In this document: positions 15,470 through 25,124 of the stretch, one piece after another
Numbering within the stretch: position 1 is the stretch's first letter
Layout of the letters: each line of letters starts with the position of its first letter
Origin: Planctomycetaceae bacterium
GTDB lineage: Bacteria > Planctomycetota > Planctomycetia > Pirellulales > Thermoguttaceae
Direction: 5' to 3'
Assembly (NCBI GenBank): GCA_031289675.1
Contig: JAITOZ010000008.1
Coordinates: forward strand, 1 to 44,590
DNA length: 44,590 nt
Notes under the pieces: model-generated
Databases searched by the model: none
What the model saw: only the letters and a program-made list of their open reading frames with translations
What the model was told of the DNA's origin: nothing
Translations under genes and position numbers: made by a program

Positions 15470-17302
15470 ATGGAATTTGACAGTACCGATTCCGTCCGTA
15501 ATTCCAATCCGCTCAAATATCTGCAAACGGTAACATTTCACGAGCCGCTGCCGCTCGAACACGGCGGCTTTCTGCCTGAAGTTACTGTTGCTTACGAAAC
15601 TTACGGGACTCTCAATGAGCGTAAAGACAATGCCGTTTTGCTTTGCCACGCCCTTTCCGGCGATTCTCACGTTGCCGCCCATAACGAAACAGACGATTCC
15701 GGCTGGTGGGAAATTATGGTCGGCCCCGGCAAACCGATTGATACCGATAGATACTTTGTTATTTGTCCGAACGTTCTCGGAGGCTGCCGGGGAACAACCG
15801 GTCCCGACGCAATCCATCCGCAAACCGGCAAACGCTACGGAGTCGGATTTCCCGAAATCACTATCGGCGATATTGTTGAAACGGAAAGTCTCCTGATTGA
15901 CTATTTCGGTATCAACCGGCTCCTTGCTGTTATCGGCGGTTCTCTCGGCGGTATCTGTACGCTGGAATGGTCGCTGCGGTTTCCAGACCGGCTTATGTCC
16001 GCTGTTTGTTTGGCAGCAGGTCCTCATCTGACGAGTCAATCGCTGGCATTCGACATCGTTGCAAGGAACGCCATTCAAAGCGACCCGAATTTTCATAACG
16101 GAAATTATTACGAACACGGTGTTGTTCCTGCCGACGGTTTGGCTATCGCCAGAATGTTAGGACATATCACGTATCTGTCCCGCGAGTCGATGATGCAGAA
16201 GTTCGATGCCGACCGGAATCAGGGACGCAAAATAGACACGAAGTTTGAGACGAAATTCAGTGTTGGTTCGTATCTGGCATATCAGGGCGAAAAGTTTGTT
16301 GACCGGTTCGATGCGAACAGTTATATCGCCATTTCAACGGCAATAGATACTTATGAACTGGGCAGCAGCCCGGACGAATTACGGCGTAAACTCCGCAAGA
16401 CGATGTGCCGGTTTTTGATATTAAGTTTTTCTTCCGACTGGCTTTTCCCGCCGTTTTTATCGCAGGAAATCACGCAGGCTTTGCTGGTGCAGAACAAGCC
16501 GGTGAATTATTGTAACATTCCCAGCGACTGCGGACACGATGCGTTTTTGCTGCCGAACAACTTTGACCTCTACGGCAATATGATAGGGGCGTTCCTTCGC
16601 TGCGGAGAAGCCGAAGTCAGAAACCAAGCATCGGGAGTAAGAAACAGGATACCGGAAACAGAAGCCCCGCCTCCTGATTCCCATATCTTGGCAGATGATG
16701 CCCGATTTGACGTTACGCAAATCATAGACTTGATACCCGACAACACATCGGTTCTCGATTTAGGCTGCGGCAGCGGCGGATTGTTATCCCGTCTGAAACA
16801 GCGGGGCAACACGCAACTGGTCGGCTTGGAAATCAACGAAGTGAAAATACGGAAATGTCTTGAAAAAGGCATCAACGCTGTGCAAGCCGACATTAATGCC
16901 GGTCTGAAAGAATTTGAAGATGACCAATTCGATTTTGTTGTGCTGTCAAAAACGCTTCAAACGATACGGGATGTTGAATTTGTGTTATCAGAAATGGTTC
17001 GTGTCGGAACACGCTGTATCGTTAGTTTTCCGAATTTGGGTTACAATAAATATCGGCAGCAGTTATCGGAACAGGGACGTGCGCCGCGGATTGAACACGG
17101 TAAAACGGCAGCGGAATGGTACAACACGGACGATGTCCGATTCCTGACGTTGGCGGACTTTGAATATTTCTGTGCCGAGAAAGGTATCCGCATTCACTAT
17201 GCTCTGCCGCTTGACACGAAGCAGCGCAAACACATTTCGGACAATCCGAATTACAATGCAGATACGGTCATTATGGTCGTGAGCGGCGAAGTGATGGACT
17301 AG
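15470..17302 (+). CDS. metX: Fused homoserine O-acetyltransferase MetX and MetW
   Basis: The N-terminal ~370 aa form an alpha/beta hydrolase with HALSGDSH and a GGSLGG nucleophile elbow. A ~35-aa linker follows. The C-terminal ~200 aa match MetW (VLDLGCGSGGLL...FDFVVLSKTLQTIRD...IVSFPNLGY). Confidence 0.9.
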   Translation: MEFDSTDSVRNSNPLKYLQTVTFHEPLPLEHGGFLPEVTVAYETYGTLNERKDNAVLLCHALSGDSHVAAHNETDDSGWWEIMVGPGKPIDTDRYFVICPNVLGGCRGTTGPDAIHPQTGKRYGVGFPEITIGDIVETESLLIDYFGINRLLAVIGGSLGGICTLEWSLRFPDRLMSAVCLAAGPHLTSQSLAFDIVARNAIQSDPNFHNGNYYEHGVVPADGLAIARMLGHITYLSRESMMQKFDADRNQGRKIDTKFETKFSVGSYLAYQGEKFVDRFDANSYIAISTAIDTYELGSSPDELRRKLRKTMCRFLILSFSSDWLFPPFLSQEITQALLVQNKPVNYCNIPSDCGHDAFLLPNNFDLYGNMIGAFLRCGEAEVRNQASGVRNRIPETEAPPPDSHILADDARFDVTQIIDLIPDNTSVLDLGCGSGGLLSRLKQRGNTQLVGLEINEVKIRKCLEKGINAVQADINAGLKEFEDDQFDFVVLSKTLQTIRDVEFVLSEMVRVGTRCIVSFPNLGYNKYRQQLSEQGRAPRIEHGKTAAEWYNTDDVRFLTLADFEYFCAEKGIRIHYALPLDTKQRKHISDNPNYNADTVIMVVSGEVMD

Positions 17303-17361
17303 GCGTGTTGACTCTACGGCAAAGATGGAGCGTCAACGCACCCCTAACTCTAACTAACGCT

Positions 17362-18144
17362 CTAACCGGCAGTTGCCGACCTTTTCCCGCCGTCCACATA
17401 GAGCCGGCAGCCGTCCAGTAACAACGACGCATCATCGGCAAGGAATCGGACTGTTGCGGCAACCTCTTCCGGCGTTCCCCAGCGGTTTAACAGCGAATCG
17501 GCAGCGTAACGTTTTTCTTTGTCCAACGGCAATGAGTCCCCCCAGCGTGTTGTAATCCAACCGAGCGATAAACAACAAACCCGAACGTCTGGACTAACCG
17601 TTTGAGCAAACGAACGGCTAAATCCCTGCAATGCCCCTTTCGCAGTGCCGTAAAGTTCCGCTGTCTCGCCCCGCCAACCGTAATCAACACTGTTTGAGGA
17701 AAAAAACACAATCAATGTCCGCTTTGTGCTGCCGCCGGTATCCTTGCCGGCATTTTTACCGCTGCTTTGCCGGGCAATCGTTCGGGACAGCCGTATCGGA
17801 ACAGCGACATCGATTTGCCAAAGGAGACGCATCTTCTCCTCAAAAGACATTGAGTGTATGGACGGCGACATCAAATCAGCACCGGCAGCGTTCACCAGAA
17901 CGTCAATATGTTCGACCCGCCTGTACACTTGCCGATACAGATTTCCGGCACTTCCGGGGTGCGAAAAATCGGCGGTGAAAACCGCCGCTTCCGCACCGGC
18001 TTTGCGTACTTCCTCCGCAATTCTTTCCGCCGACTGGACGTTTTGAAATGTGTGTAGCAAAACGGTCGAACCAACTTCGGCAAATTTCCGTGCTGTTGCC
18101 GCCCCGATACCGCCGGTTGCACCGGTTATCAATATGTTAGTCAT
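17362..18144 (-). CDS. SDR-family oxidoreductase
   Basis: ITGATGGIGAATARKF Rossmann motif directly after ATG 18144. That start overlaps the gspG stop (ATGACTAA). Confidence 0.8.
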   Translation of the reverse strand: MTNILITGATGGIGAATARKFAEVGSTVLLHTFQNVQSAERIAEEVRKAGAEAAVFTADFSHPGSAGNLYRQVYRRVEHIDVLVNAAGADLMSPSIHSMSFEEKMRLLWQIDVAVPIRLSRTIARQSSGKNAGKDTGGSTKRTLIVFFSSNSVDYGWRGETAELYGTAKGALQGFSRSFAQTVSPDVRVCCLSLGWITTRWGDSLPLDKEKRYAADSLLNRWGTPEEVAATVRFLADDASLLLDGCRLYVDGGKRSATAG

Positions 18145-18556
18145 TTGTCCATTGACCAATGTCGTCGTCAGTTTCGTTAATTCCGTCGGGGCCCCAAGAC
18201 CAAACGTCATAATTACCCTTGCCTCTGGCACTGGGACAAACGTATTGATAGGAATTCCCCCACGGATCGTTTGTTTGTACCGTCTCTTTGATGTAGGGAC
18301 CGCTCCATTTTGCCGGATTGGACAAATCGCCCGGTGCTGCTATCAACGCATTAAGACCCTCATCGCTTGTCGGCGGTCTGCCTATGTTGAGTTCAAAAAG
18401 TTCTATTGCCGAGGCCAGTCCTTTGATATAGACGACCGCACTTTGCCGTTTTGCCTGTGCTAACTGTCCCTGATACGCACCGACAGCGAGTGCCGCCACT
18501 GTTACCAAAATAAAAAGTACCACCATTACTTCGAGAAGCGTAAAACCTTTTTGCAT
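18137..18556 (-). CDS. gspG: Type II secretion major pseudopilin GspG-like, orphan
   Basis: MQKGFTLLEVMVVLFIL prepilin motif plus GspG body motifs (GRPPTSDEGLNAL, WSGPYIK, DPWGNSYQY, SWGPDG...DDI). Confidence 0.85.
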   Translation of the reverse strand: MQKGFTLLEVMVVLFILVTVAALAVGAYQGQLAQAKRQSAVVYIKGLASAIELFELNIGRPPTSDEGLNALIAAPGDLSNPAKWSGPYIKETVQTNDPWGNSYQYVCPSARGKGNYDVWSWGPDGINETDDDIGQWTND

Positions 18557-18575
18557 TTTTCTTTCCTTTCGTCCA

Positions 18576-18584
18576 ATTATATCA
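18576..18584 (-). promoter_or_regulatory. Extended -10 element (TGaTATAAT) upstream of gspG
   Basis: Minus-sense TGATATAAT lies about 20 nt upstream of the AGGAAAG/ATG of gspG. The -35 is poor. Confidence 0.3.
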
Positions 18585-18657
18585 CACCGCTGTACTAAAC
18601 ACCAGAGAGCGGGAATAGTTCTGTTGAAACCCCGTCCGTAATCCTTTCTTTCCGTAT

Positions 18658-20436
18658 CTATGATGCTTCTTTCCCATTTTTGAACCGCTTGCCGGTTTTC
18701 CGTTCCTCTTTAATCAGAGCGGCGATATTTTCGGCAGCACCCGCTATCGGCATAAGGGAAACAGCCGTATCCCAACGCCACTTCAATTCAATTTCACCGG
18801 CGGCAAGCCCCTTCTCACCGATAACGAGCCGCAGCGGAAAACCGATTAAATCGGCATCCTTGAATTTGACGCCGGCACGCTGGTCGCGGTCATCGACCAA
18901 GACCTCAACGCCGCTTTCTGTTAATTGGTCGTGCAATTCCGAAGCCGCCTTCATCATATTCCCGTCCGTAACTTTCATCGGACATATCACCGCTTCATAC
19001 GGAGCCAAGTTGACCGGAAAGATTATGCCCGAATGGTCATAAGACGTTTCTATCAAGCCGGCAATAATCCGGTTCACTCCGATTCCGTAACATCCCATAA
19101 TCACCGTTTTTTGCGATTCGCCGGCATCGAGAAATTGAGCGTTCAAACTTTCGCTGTACTTTGTACCGAGTTTGAAAACGTGTCCTGCTTCGATAGCGGG
19201 TTTCAATTTCATTGTACTATGACAGCGGGGACACGCATCGCCGTCCACGGCATTACGCAAATCATTGACAGCGTCCGGTATGAAATCCCGCGAAGGACAC
19301 ACGTTGACCAAATGTTTGTCCGCCTTGTTTGCGCCCGTTACGGCATTGACAAGATTCATTACAGCAACGTCCGCATAAACCGGTATTTTTTCGGCAAATC
19401 CTACCGGTCCGGCAAAACCAACCGGTGCGCCCGTTACACGGCGGATGACGGCTTCATCCGCAAGTTCTATTTTTGATGCCTTGACCGCTTGTTTGATTTT
19501 GTTCTCGTTCGCATCGTGGTCGCCCCGAATTAAAACGGCTATCGCTTTGTCATCGGCAGCATAAATCAGCGTCTTTATCATCCGGCTTGCCTTAACTTTC
19601 AAAAACTTGCAGACCTGTTCGATGGTGTGGACTTCCGGCGTATCCAGTTCGGCAACCGCTTTGTCCTCCGATGTTTCCTGCATTATAGATGATGAAAAAA
19701 CTTCCTGAAATCCGACTTCGGCTTTTTCAATGTTTGCCGCATAACCGCATTCTTCGCAGTGAACAATTTTATCTTCGCCGTTGGGCGACGGAATCATAAA
19801 CTCGTGCGAAGCGTCGCCGCCGATAGGCCCCGACTCGGCTTCCACCGGCAAAAACGGCAAGCCGCAGCGTTCAAAAATTTTACAGTAGGCGTTGTACATT
19901 TTTTTGTACGTTACATTGAGAGATTCGATGTCGGCGTGAAAACTGTATGCGTCCTTCATCAAGAATTCGCTTGTCCGCAGAACCCCGAAGCGCGGACGCT
20001 CTTCGTTACGGAATTTCGTCTGTATCTGATAGAGCGTTATCGGCAACTGCCGGTAACTTGAAATGTAGCGGGCAACAATGTCGGTTACCTCCTCTTCGTG
20101 TGTCGGACACAGAACAACGGGTATTTTTTTCCCGCTTCTGGGCAAATCCGTTTTAATAAGAACGTTCCCGAAGGCTTTAACTCTGTTTGTCCGTTCATAG
20201 AGCGACACGGGGCATAGAGCGGTCATTAACAGTTCAACGGCACCGGTTTTATTCATTTCTTCCCGAACGATTTGCGCTGCCTTTTGCAAAGACCGCAGTC
20301 CCAGCGGCAGATAAGTGTAAGCCCCTGCCATCACTTGGGAAATCAAACCTGCACGGAGCATCAGAATATGCGAAGGAATTTCCGCTCCGTCCGGCGTTTC
20401 CTTCATTGTCGGAATCAATGTTTGCGACCAATACAT
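18658..20436 (-). CDS. proS: Prolyl-tRNA synthetase, bacterial type with editing insertion
   Basis: N-terminus [32 protein letters not shown], class II motifs, 592 aa. Confidence 0.95.
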   Translation of the reverse strand: MYWSQTLIPTMKETPDGAEIPSHILMLRAGLISQVMAGAYTYLPLGLRSLQKAAQIVREEMNKTGAVELLMTALCPVSLYERTNRVKAFGNVLIKTDLPRSGKKIPVVLCPTHEEEVTDIVARYISSYRQLPITLYQIQTKFRNEERPRFGVLRTSEFLMKDAYSFHADIESLNVTYKKMYNAYCKIFERCGLPFLPVEAESGPIGGDASHEFMIPSPNGEDKIVHCEECGYAANIEKAEVGFQEVFSSSIMQETSEDKAVAELDTPEVHTIEQVCKFLKVKASRMIKTLIYAADDKAIAVLIRGDHDANENKIKQAVKASKIELADEAVIRRVTGAPVGFAGPVGFAEKIPVYADVAVMNLVNAVTGANKADKHLVNVCPSRDFIPDAVNDLRNAVDGDACPRCHSTMKLKPAIEAGHVFKLGTKYSESLNAQFLDAGESQKTVIMGCYGIGVNRIIAGLIETSYDHSGIIFPVNLAPYEAVICPMKVTDGNMMKAASELHDQLTESGVEVLVDDRDQRAGVKFKDADLIGFPLRLVIGEKGLAAGEIELKWRWDTAVSLMPIAGAAENIAALIKEERKTGKRFKNGKEAS

Positions 20437-20635
20437 CGTTATTCTTAACGTTAGTTATCGGTGCGATTATAACGGAATTCCGCCGGCAGGCAAGCCTTAC
20501 AGGCGAAGGGATTTTATTGCAAGAACCTAAAAAATTACTTAACACAGCACAAACAAAATTGGTTGCGATTTTGATTGTGATTCGTGTGGTAAAATGTCCG
20601 AACAATCGGCTTTGCTCGCCGGCTGGGCTGAGGAC

Positions 20636-20664
20636 TTGACAAGCATTTTTGTAAAGTGTAGAGT
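20636..20664 (+). promoter_or_regulatory. Sigma70-like promoter for the corrinoid/MTHFR gene pair
   Basis: TTGACA (20636-20641), a 17-nt spacer, then TAGAGT (20659-20664), about 65 nt upstream of ATG 20731. Confidence 0.4.
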
Positions 20665-20730
20665 TAACACTTGAAAAGTAAATCCCGTTTGGGGTTGCGG
20701 CTTATTGATACTTTATTCTTTGCCCTTATT

Positions 20731-21399
20731 ATGTCCGATTCCGAAAGTATTGCTGAAAAAAGTACGGCTGAAAAAAGTATTGCCGAAAAACTGCAAAATG
20801 CCCTTGCACAGTGCGATGAAACCGAAGTGATGGAGGCGGTCGAACAACTTCTCGCCGGCGGAATGGCTGCCGATAAAGTTGTTGCCGTCTGCAACCAAGG
20901 TATGGGACTTCTCGGCGAACGCTTCGATAGCGGCGAAGCCTTCGTGCCGGACTTGATGTTCGGCGGTGCCATTATGAAAAAAGCAATGGCAAGACTCGAA
21001 CCGCTGCTGCCGAAAGATGCCGCCGCCAGTGCCGGTAAAACTCTCGTCATCGGTACAGTACAGCACGACGTTCACGACATCGGCAAAGATATTACCGCAA
21101 TGGTGTTTCGCGGCAACGGTTTCAATGTCGTTGATTTAGGTGTCAACACAAAACCGGAAGCCTTTGTCGAAGCGATTAAAAAATATTCGCCGGAATTCGT
21201 TGCTATGAGCGTTTTACTGACAACGTGTTACCGTTCTGTAACGGAAACGATGGACTTGATTCGCGCCTCCGGTTTGCGGGACAAGGTCAAGATTTGCATC
21301 GGCGGAGCCGCCGCCAGTGCATTGGTTGCCGAAAAAAGCGGCATTGACTTTTACGGCGAAACCGCCGTTGACGGTGTTAATTGGGCAAAAGCAAACTAG
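20731..21399 (+). CDS. Cobalamin-binding corrinoid protein (methyltransferase-cognate type: B12 cap plus B12-binding domain)
   Basis: DVHDIGK (DxHxxG) motif plus the SVLLTT and GGAA motifs of the B12-binding Rossmann domain. Start at ATG 20731; the track's start at 20671 is a TTG. Confidence 0.8.
   Translation: MSDSESIAEKSTAEKSIAEKLQNALAQCDETEVMEAVEQLLAGGMAADKVVAVCNQGMGLLGERFDSGEAFVPDLMFGGAIMKKAMARLEPLLPKDAAASAGKTLVIGTVQHDVHDIGKDITAMVFRGNGFNVVDLGVNTKPEAFVEAIKKYSPEFVAMSVLLTTCYRSVTETMDLIRASGLRDKVKICIGGAAASALVAEKSGIDFYGETAVDGVNWAKAN
20746..20790 (+). repeat. 3 x 15-nt in-frame tandem repeat (SIAEK/STAEK/SIAEK)
   Basis: agtattgctgaaaaa / agtacggctgaaaaa / agtattgccgaaaaa, read directly. Confidence 0.9.
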
Positions 21400-21412
21400 C
21401 AACCGAAACCCG

Positions 21413-22936
21413 ATGAAGTTAACGTTCAGCGAAGCATTACAGCAATCTGTTCCGGCTTTTCCCGCCGGTGTTGAAGTCGTTACAACACGGGGGATTGATA
21501 CGGGACAGATGTGCCGCTTTGCCCGGGATTTGCTCCAAGACAACCGGATTGCCTGGATTTCCGTTACCGATAATCCGGGAGGGCATCCGATGCTGCCGCC
21601 CGATTATCTTGCCGGTCAACTTGCGGACTTCGCAAAAAATACGGTTGTGCATCTGACGTGCAAAGACAATAACCGCCTCGCTTTGGAATCGCAGCTTTGG
21701 CGTTATGCGGCGGAAGGTTTTTGTAACATTTTAGCCCTGTCCGGCGATTTACCGGCAGCAGGCTATCCGAAATGCGGAGCAAGCGTCTTTGACATTGATT
21801 CCGCCGCTCTGCTAGCGGTGATGCGGGATATGAACGCCGGTCTCAAAGTGCCGGGAAGACGGGGCAATATCGAAACACTGCCGGCAGCGTCCTTCTTCGC
21901 CGGCTGTACCGTATCGCCGTTTAAGAAAAACGAAAACGAACTTGTACCGCAATACGCTAAACTGCTCAAAAAAGTCCGTTCCGGTGCCGCCTGGGTTATT
22001 CCGCAACTCGGTTATGATATGCGGAAATTTGCCGAAATCAAACGGCTGCTGCAATTAAATAACGTCAACATTCCGCTTATCGGCAACGTTTATGTGTTGA
22101 CGAAAACGGCTGCCAAAATATTCAACAGCGGACGATTGGCAGGCTGCGTTGTCAGCAATCCGCTGCTGACGGAAATAGAAAAATATGCTGCCGGTGCCGA
22201 TAAGGGCAAAATGTTTTTTCAGGAATTGGCGGCAAAGCAACTGGCAGTCTTTCAGGGACTCGGCTTTTCGGCAGGTTATCTCGGCGGAGTTGCCAAACCG
22301 GATGATGTTTTTGCGGTTATAGAGAAGGCGAAGCAGTTCGCTGCCGATGATTGGAAAACGTTTTACAAGGAAATACAGTATCCGCAGCAAGACGAATTTT
22401 ATTATTACGATAATGACGTTTTAACGGCAGCGCAGCCTGTCCCAACGGTTCGGAAACGTACCCGCAATGTCAATCTGTTTTACCGGTTTTCCCGATGTGT
22501 TCACGCTTTGGCATTTCATCGGGGACATCAGTTGTATCCGCTGATGAAGCGTCTTTTTGCGGTTTTGGAACAGAAGCACGGTGTTTGTAAGACGTGTATG
22601 AACACGGTGCATTGCATCGAGGAAATGTCGAAACATATCTTGTACGGCTGTAAGGATTGCGGCGACTGTGCGCTGCCGGATACGGCGTATCTTTGTCCGA
22701 TGTCGCAGTGCAGTAAGAATATGCGTAACGGACCGTGCGGCGGTTCGCTGCATAGCCGCTGCGAGGCGGACGACAAGGACTGCATTTGGACAATCGCTTA
22801 TGACCGCTTAAAGTATTTCGGCGATTGGGAGTCCTTTTGCAATGCCGATGTTTCGTTTGCCGATGCAGCACTGCAAGGTACAAGTTCCTGGGCAAACTTA
22901 TACGCCGGCAGAGACCATAGTGCCGTTCAGGAATAA
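21413..22936 (+). CDS. Methylenetetrahydrofolate reductase (MetF-like) fused to a Cys-rich MTHFR C-terminal (MetV-like) domain
   Basis: The N-terminal half has ISVTDNPGG...HLTCKD...NILALSGD. The C-terminal end has CKDCGDCALPDTAYLCPMSQCSKNMRNGPCGGS. Start at ATG 21413. Confidence 0.8.
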   Translation: MKLTFSEALQQSVPAFPAGVEVVTTRGIDTGQMCRFARDLLQDNRIAWISVTDNPGGHPMLPPDYLAGQLADFAKNTVVHLTCKDNNRLALESQLWRYAAEGFCNILALSGDLPAAGYPKCGASVFDIDSAALLAVMRDMNAGLKVPGRRGNIETLPAASFFAGCTVSPFKKNENELVPQYAKLLKKVRSGAAWVIPQLGYDMRKFAEIKRLLQLNNVNIPLIGNVYVLTKTAAKIFNSGRLAGCVVSNPLLTEIEKYAAGADKGKMFFQELAAKQLAVFQGLGFSAGYLGGVAKPDDVFAVIEKAKQFAADDWKTFYKEIQYPQQDEFYYYDNDVLTAAQPVPTVRKRTRNVNLFYRFSRCVHALAFHRGHQLYPLMKRLFAVLEQKHGVCKTCMNTVHCIEEMSKHILYGCKDCGDCALPDTAYLCPMSQCSKNMRNGPCGGSLHSRCEADDKDCIWTIAYDRLKYFGDWESFCNADVSFADAALQGTSSWANLYAGRDHSAVQE

Positions 22937-22996
22937 CGGTGAAAAATGGTGAACGGCAAGTAAATACAGAGGTGAAAACCCGCCGCCCGCCGATAA

Positions 22997-24157
22997 TCAC
23001 CGTTTCCTTCTGCGCCATTTGAGGAAGTACCAAACCAGCAAGAGAATAAAAAAGGCACAAACTGAAATTTGACCGAATGTTTCGTTCGGCTTCTTTTCCT
23101 TTTCCGCCGGCTGCAAGTCGGGATTCCAAATCGGACAGCGTCCAATCAACAGCGGTGCGTAGTGCTGACCGTCCGCCGCATCGTAAATCCAAAGTTTATA
23201 CGGTACTGCCGCAACCGCCATATTGACCGCAAAGTCCGAAGCGTCCCCCGCCGGCATTCCTTCCGGCAGCGAAGTAACGCAAACAACAACGGGATTGCCC
23301 TGCGACTCATCGGTAAAAAGATAGATTTGATAATACTTTTCGATACCAAAAACGGAGCGGACATTTTCGTCTGTAATTTTTGTTTCAAGAATCCGTTTTG
23401 CTGTTCCGAAGAGCAGTACCGGTGTTCCCCGCACCGCTGCCGGATTGTTAAATAAATCGGTCTGCGGTATTTTATTACTGCGGGCCTCCCGTTCCAAATT
23501 TCCCGGCAGCGTTTTCGCAAGGCATTGCAGCAAACCGTAAAACGGTTCGTTATCATTTTCGGTTAACTTGAAAGCGGTACGTTTTGTTTCGTCATCGAGA
23601 GCGTCCATTTCTGTAACACGTTTAACAGGGACTTTATCGAAAGAACTCATATCGAAGTTCAGATTACCGAGAAACGTATCGGGATACCAGCGGATTGCCG
23701 GTGTTATAAAAACGGTTTTTTTATTTTTTCGCAACAGTAATCCGGTGAACCGGCAGCGTTCGGACATTGTTTTGTCCATCTGCCAAGCCGCCGGTACGGA
23801 CGGCGTTAGGACTTCTGCTTCGCTGCCGTCCTGCAATTTGACTTTGCAGCGGAAAACGTTTGTTTTTCCGGCAAACGGGGCGGCGTGAATGACGGCGGCG
23901 GCGGCTTGATACAGATTGCCGGCAGCGGCGGTATCCTTTTTGTAGTCTGTTTGATTTTCGAGAATGAAGCGTTTCGGAACGGTATTGCTCAACGTGTGCA
24001 TTAAACGGACAATCGGTTCCGCTTGTGTTTCGAGCGGAACGTCATCATCCGTCAATGATTGCCAAGCGGCATCATTGTTTTGCAAAAACATCTTTGCCGG
24101 TGTTTTCTCCAAAACATCGGCATCCAGGACGGCGAGGAAAAATAAAACAATTAACAT
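22997..24157 (-). CDS. Hypothetical protein with a C-terminal TM anchor
   Basis: 386-aa ORF with native-looking composition. C-terminal ISVCAFFILLLVWYFLKWRRRKR. The N-terminus MLIVLFFLAVLDA is hydrophobic and has no basic n-region. I recognise no domain. Confidence 0.6.
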   Translation of the reverse strand: MLIVLFFLAVLDADVLEKTPAKMFLQNNDAAWQSLTDDDVPLETQAEPIVRLMHTLSNTVPKRFILENQTDYKKDTAAAGNLYQAAAAVIHAAPFAGKTNVFRCKVKLQDGSEAEVLTPSVPAAWQMDKTMSERCRFTGLLLRKNKKTVFITPAIRWYPDTFLGNLNFDMSSFDKVPVKRVTEMDALDDETKRTAFKLTENDNEPFYGLLQCLAKTLPGNLEREARSNKIPQTDLFNNPAAVRGTPVLLFGTAKRILETKITDENVRSVFGIEKYYQIYLFTDESQGNPVVVCVTSLPEGMPAGDASDFAVNMAVAAVPYKLWIYDAADGQHYAPLLIGRCPIWNPDLQPAEKEKKPNETFGQISVCAFFILLLVWYFLKWRRRKR

Positions 24158-24185
24158 TTATTACGTTTATTTTGTGTAACGTATT

Positions 24186-25124
24186 TTACAAATTGGCACT
24201 GTACGGCAGACTCTTGATATAATTTTCCATAAAATCCCAATCCGGCGTGCCGTCGGATTTTACCGGCAATTTGATACTCCGTTCTTTCAACCGTGTCTGA
24301 CTTGCCTTCAATCCATAATTGTACCGGTACTGTTCCCGATTCAAAATTGTTGCCAAAAAAAGAGCAACAAACCGGCTCATCGGAAACTTCGGAATCAATT
24401 TTTCAACGTGGTCGCTTGCCGCAAAATCAAATTCCTGATGCGAGCAAAAGCCGATGACCGCACTGTCAACAGTTAACACGTTCCCTTTTTCCGTTGCCTT
24501 ATCGTAAAAACCCGCTACGCCGTTGTTTGTCGCCTGCGTGGTAACATACGGATAAATTCCCTTACCAATCTCTTCCAAATCCGGTAACGGAGTTGTTTTT
24601 GTTCCTGTAATCTCGAATAAATCACTCAAATTAAAAGTTTTCCAACTTTTAACATTTAATTCGATTTTATATTTGTTCAATGGTTTTCTATCAAACGTCA
24701 TAACAGCAGAATACTTTTTTAGAAAAGGAGGTAATTCCGGCGGTGCCGGTACGAGAATAGGACGCAGTGTTTTGTTTGCCTGCCGCCCATAATTATACCG
24801 GTATTTATTTTTCTCAATAACGGAACAATAATAGAGCATCTCGACCGGCGATAATTTGTATTTCGGATACAAACAGGCAACGTGAAATGCGGTGTAAAAT
24901 GGTAACGGCTGGTAAAAAGACGCAAGAACAGAGCCGCTCATAGCAACGGAAATTGCTCTGCCCGGCATCGGTTTTATATGGGGGATAACCGCGACTTTTG
25001 CAGCAACACCGTTATTTTCGGCTGTTCGTGAAACGAAAGGAATTCCGTCAGGAGATTCCTCACATTTTATTAACTCCAAACTGTTCCCGTAACGAATGTT
25101 GAAAATTTCGTCAAGCCGCATCAT
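24186..25124 (-). CDS. Restriction-modification specificity subunit with two target-recognition domains (BcgI-B-like)
   Basis: Two ~150-aa half-repeats, each ending in an (Y)RYNYG(R/L) motif: NKYRYNYGRQANKTL and EQYRYNYGLKASQTRL. The start overlaps the stop of the upstream methylase/nuclease gene by 4 nt. Confidence 0.75.
   Translation of the reverse strand: MMRLDEIFNIRYGNSLELIKCEESPDGIPFVSRTAENNGVAAKVAVIPHIKPMPGRAISVAMSGSVLASFYQPLPFYTAFHVACLYPKYKLSPVEMLYYCSVIEKNKYRYNYGRQANKTLRPILVPAPPELPPFLKKYSAVMTFDRKPLNKYKIELNVKSWKTFNLSDLFEITGTKTTPLPDLEEIGKGIYPYVTTQATNNGVAGFYDKATEKGNVLTVDSAVIGFCSHQEFDFAASDHVEKLIPKFPMSRFVALFLATILNREQYRYNYGLKASQTRLKERSIKLPVKSDGTPDWDFMENYIKSLPYSANL

Noticed and set aside
15428-16117. 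229-aa minus-strand ORF, partly similar to the minus ORF at 14461-14649
   Set aside because: It is antisense to metX. The similarity between the two minus ORFs is simply the reverse translation of the metX duplication.
20437-20730. Cobalamin riboswitch upstream of the corrinoid protein gene
   Set aside because: I recognised no B12-box-like sequence, and the predicted 5' UTR from the TTGACA/TAGAGT promoter is only about 65 nt. An Rfam scan could confirm this.
22470-23192. 240-aa minus-strand ORF overlapping the 3' end of the MTHFR gene
   Set aside because: It is antisense to a well-supported CDS, Arg/Ser/Pro-rich, and overlaps the 386-aa gene in another frame. I treat it as spurious.
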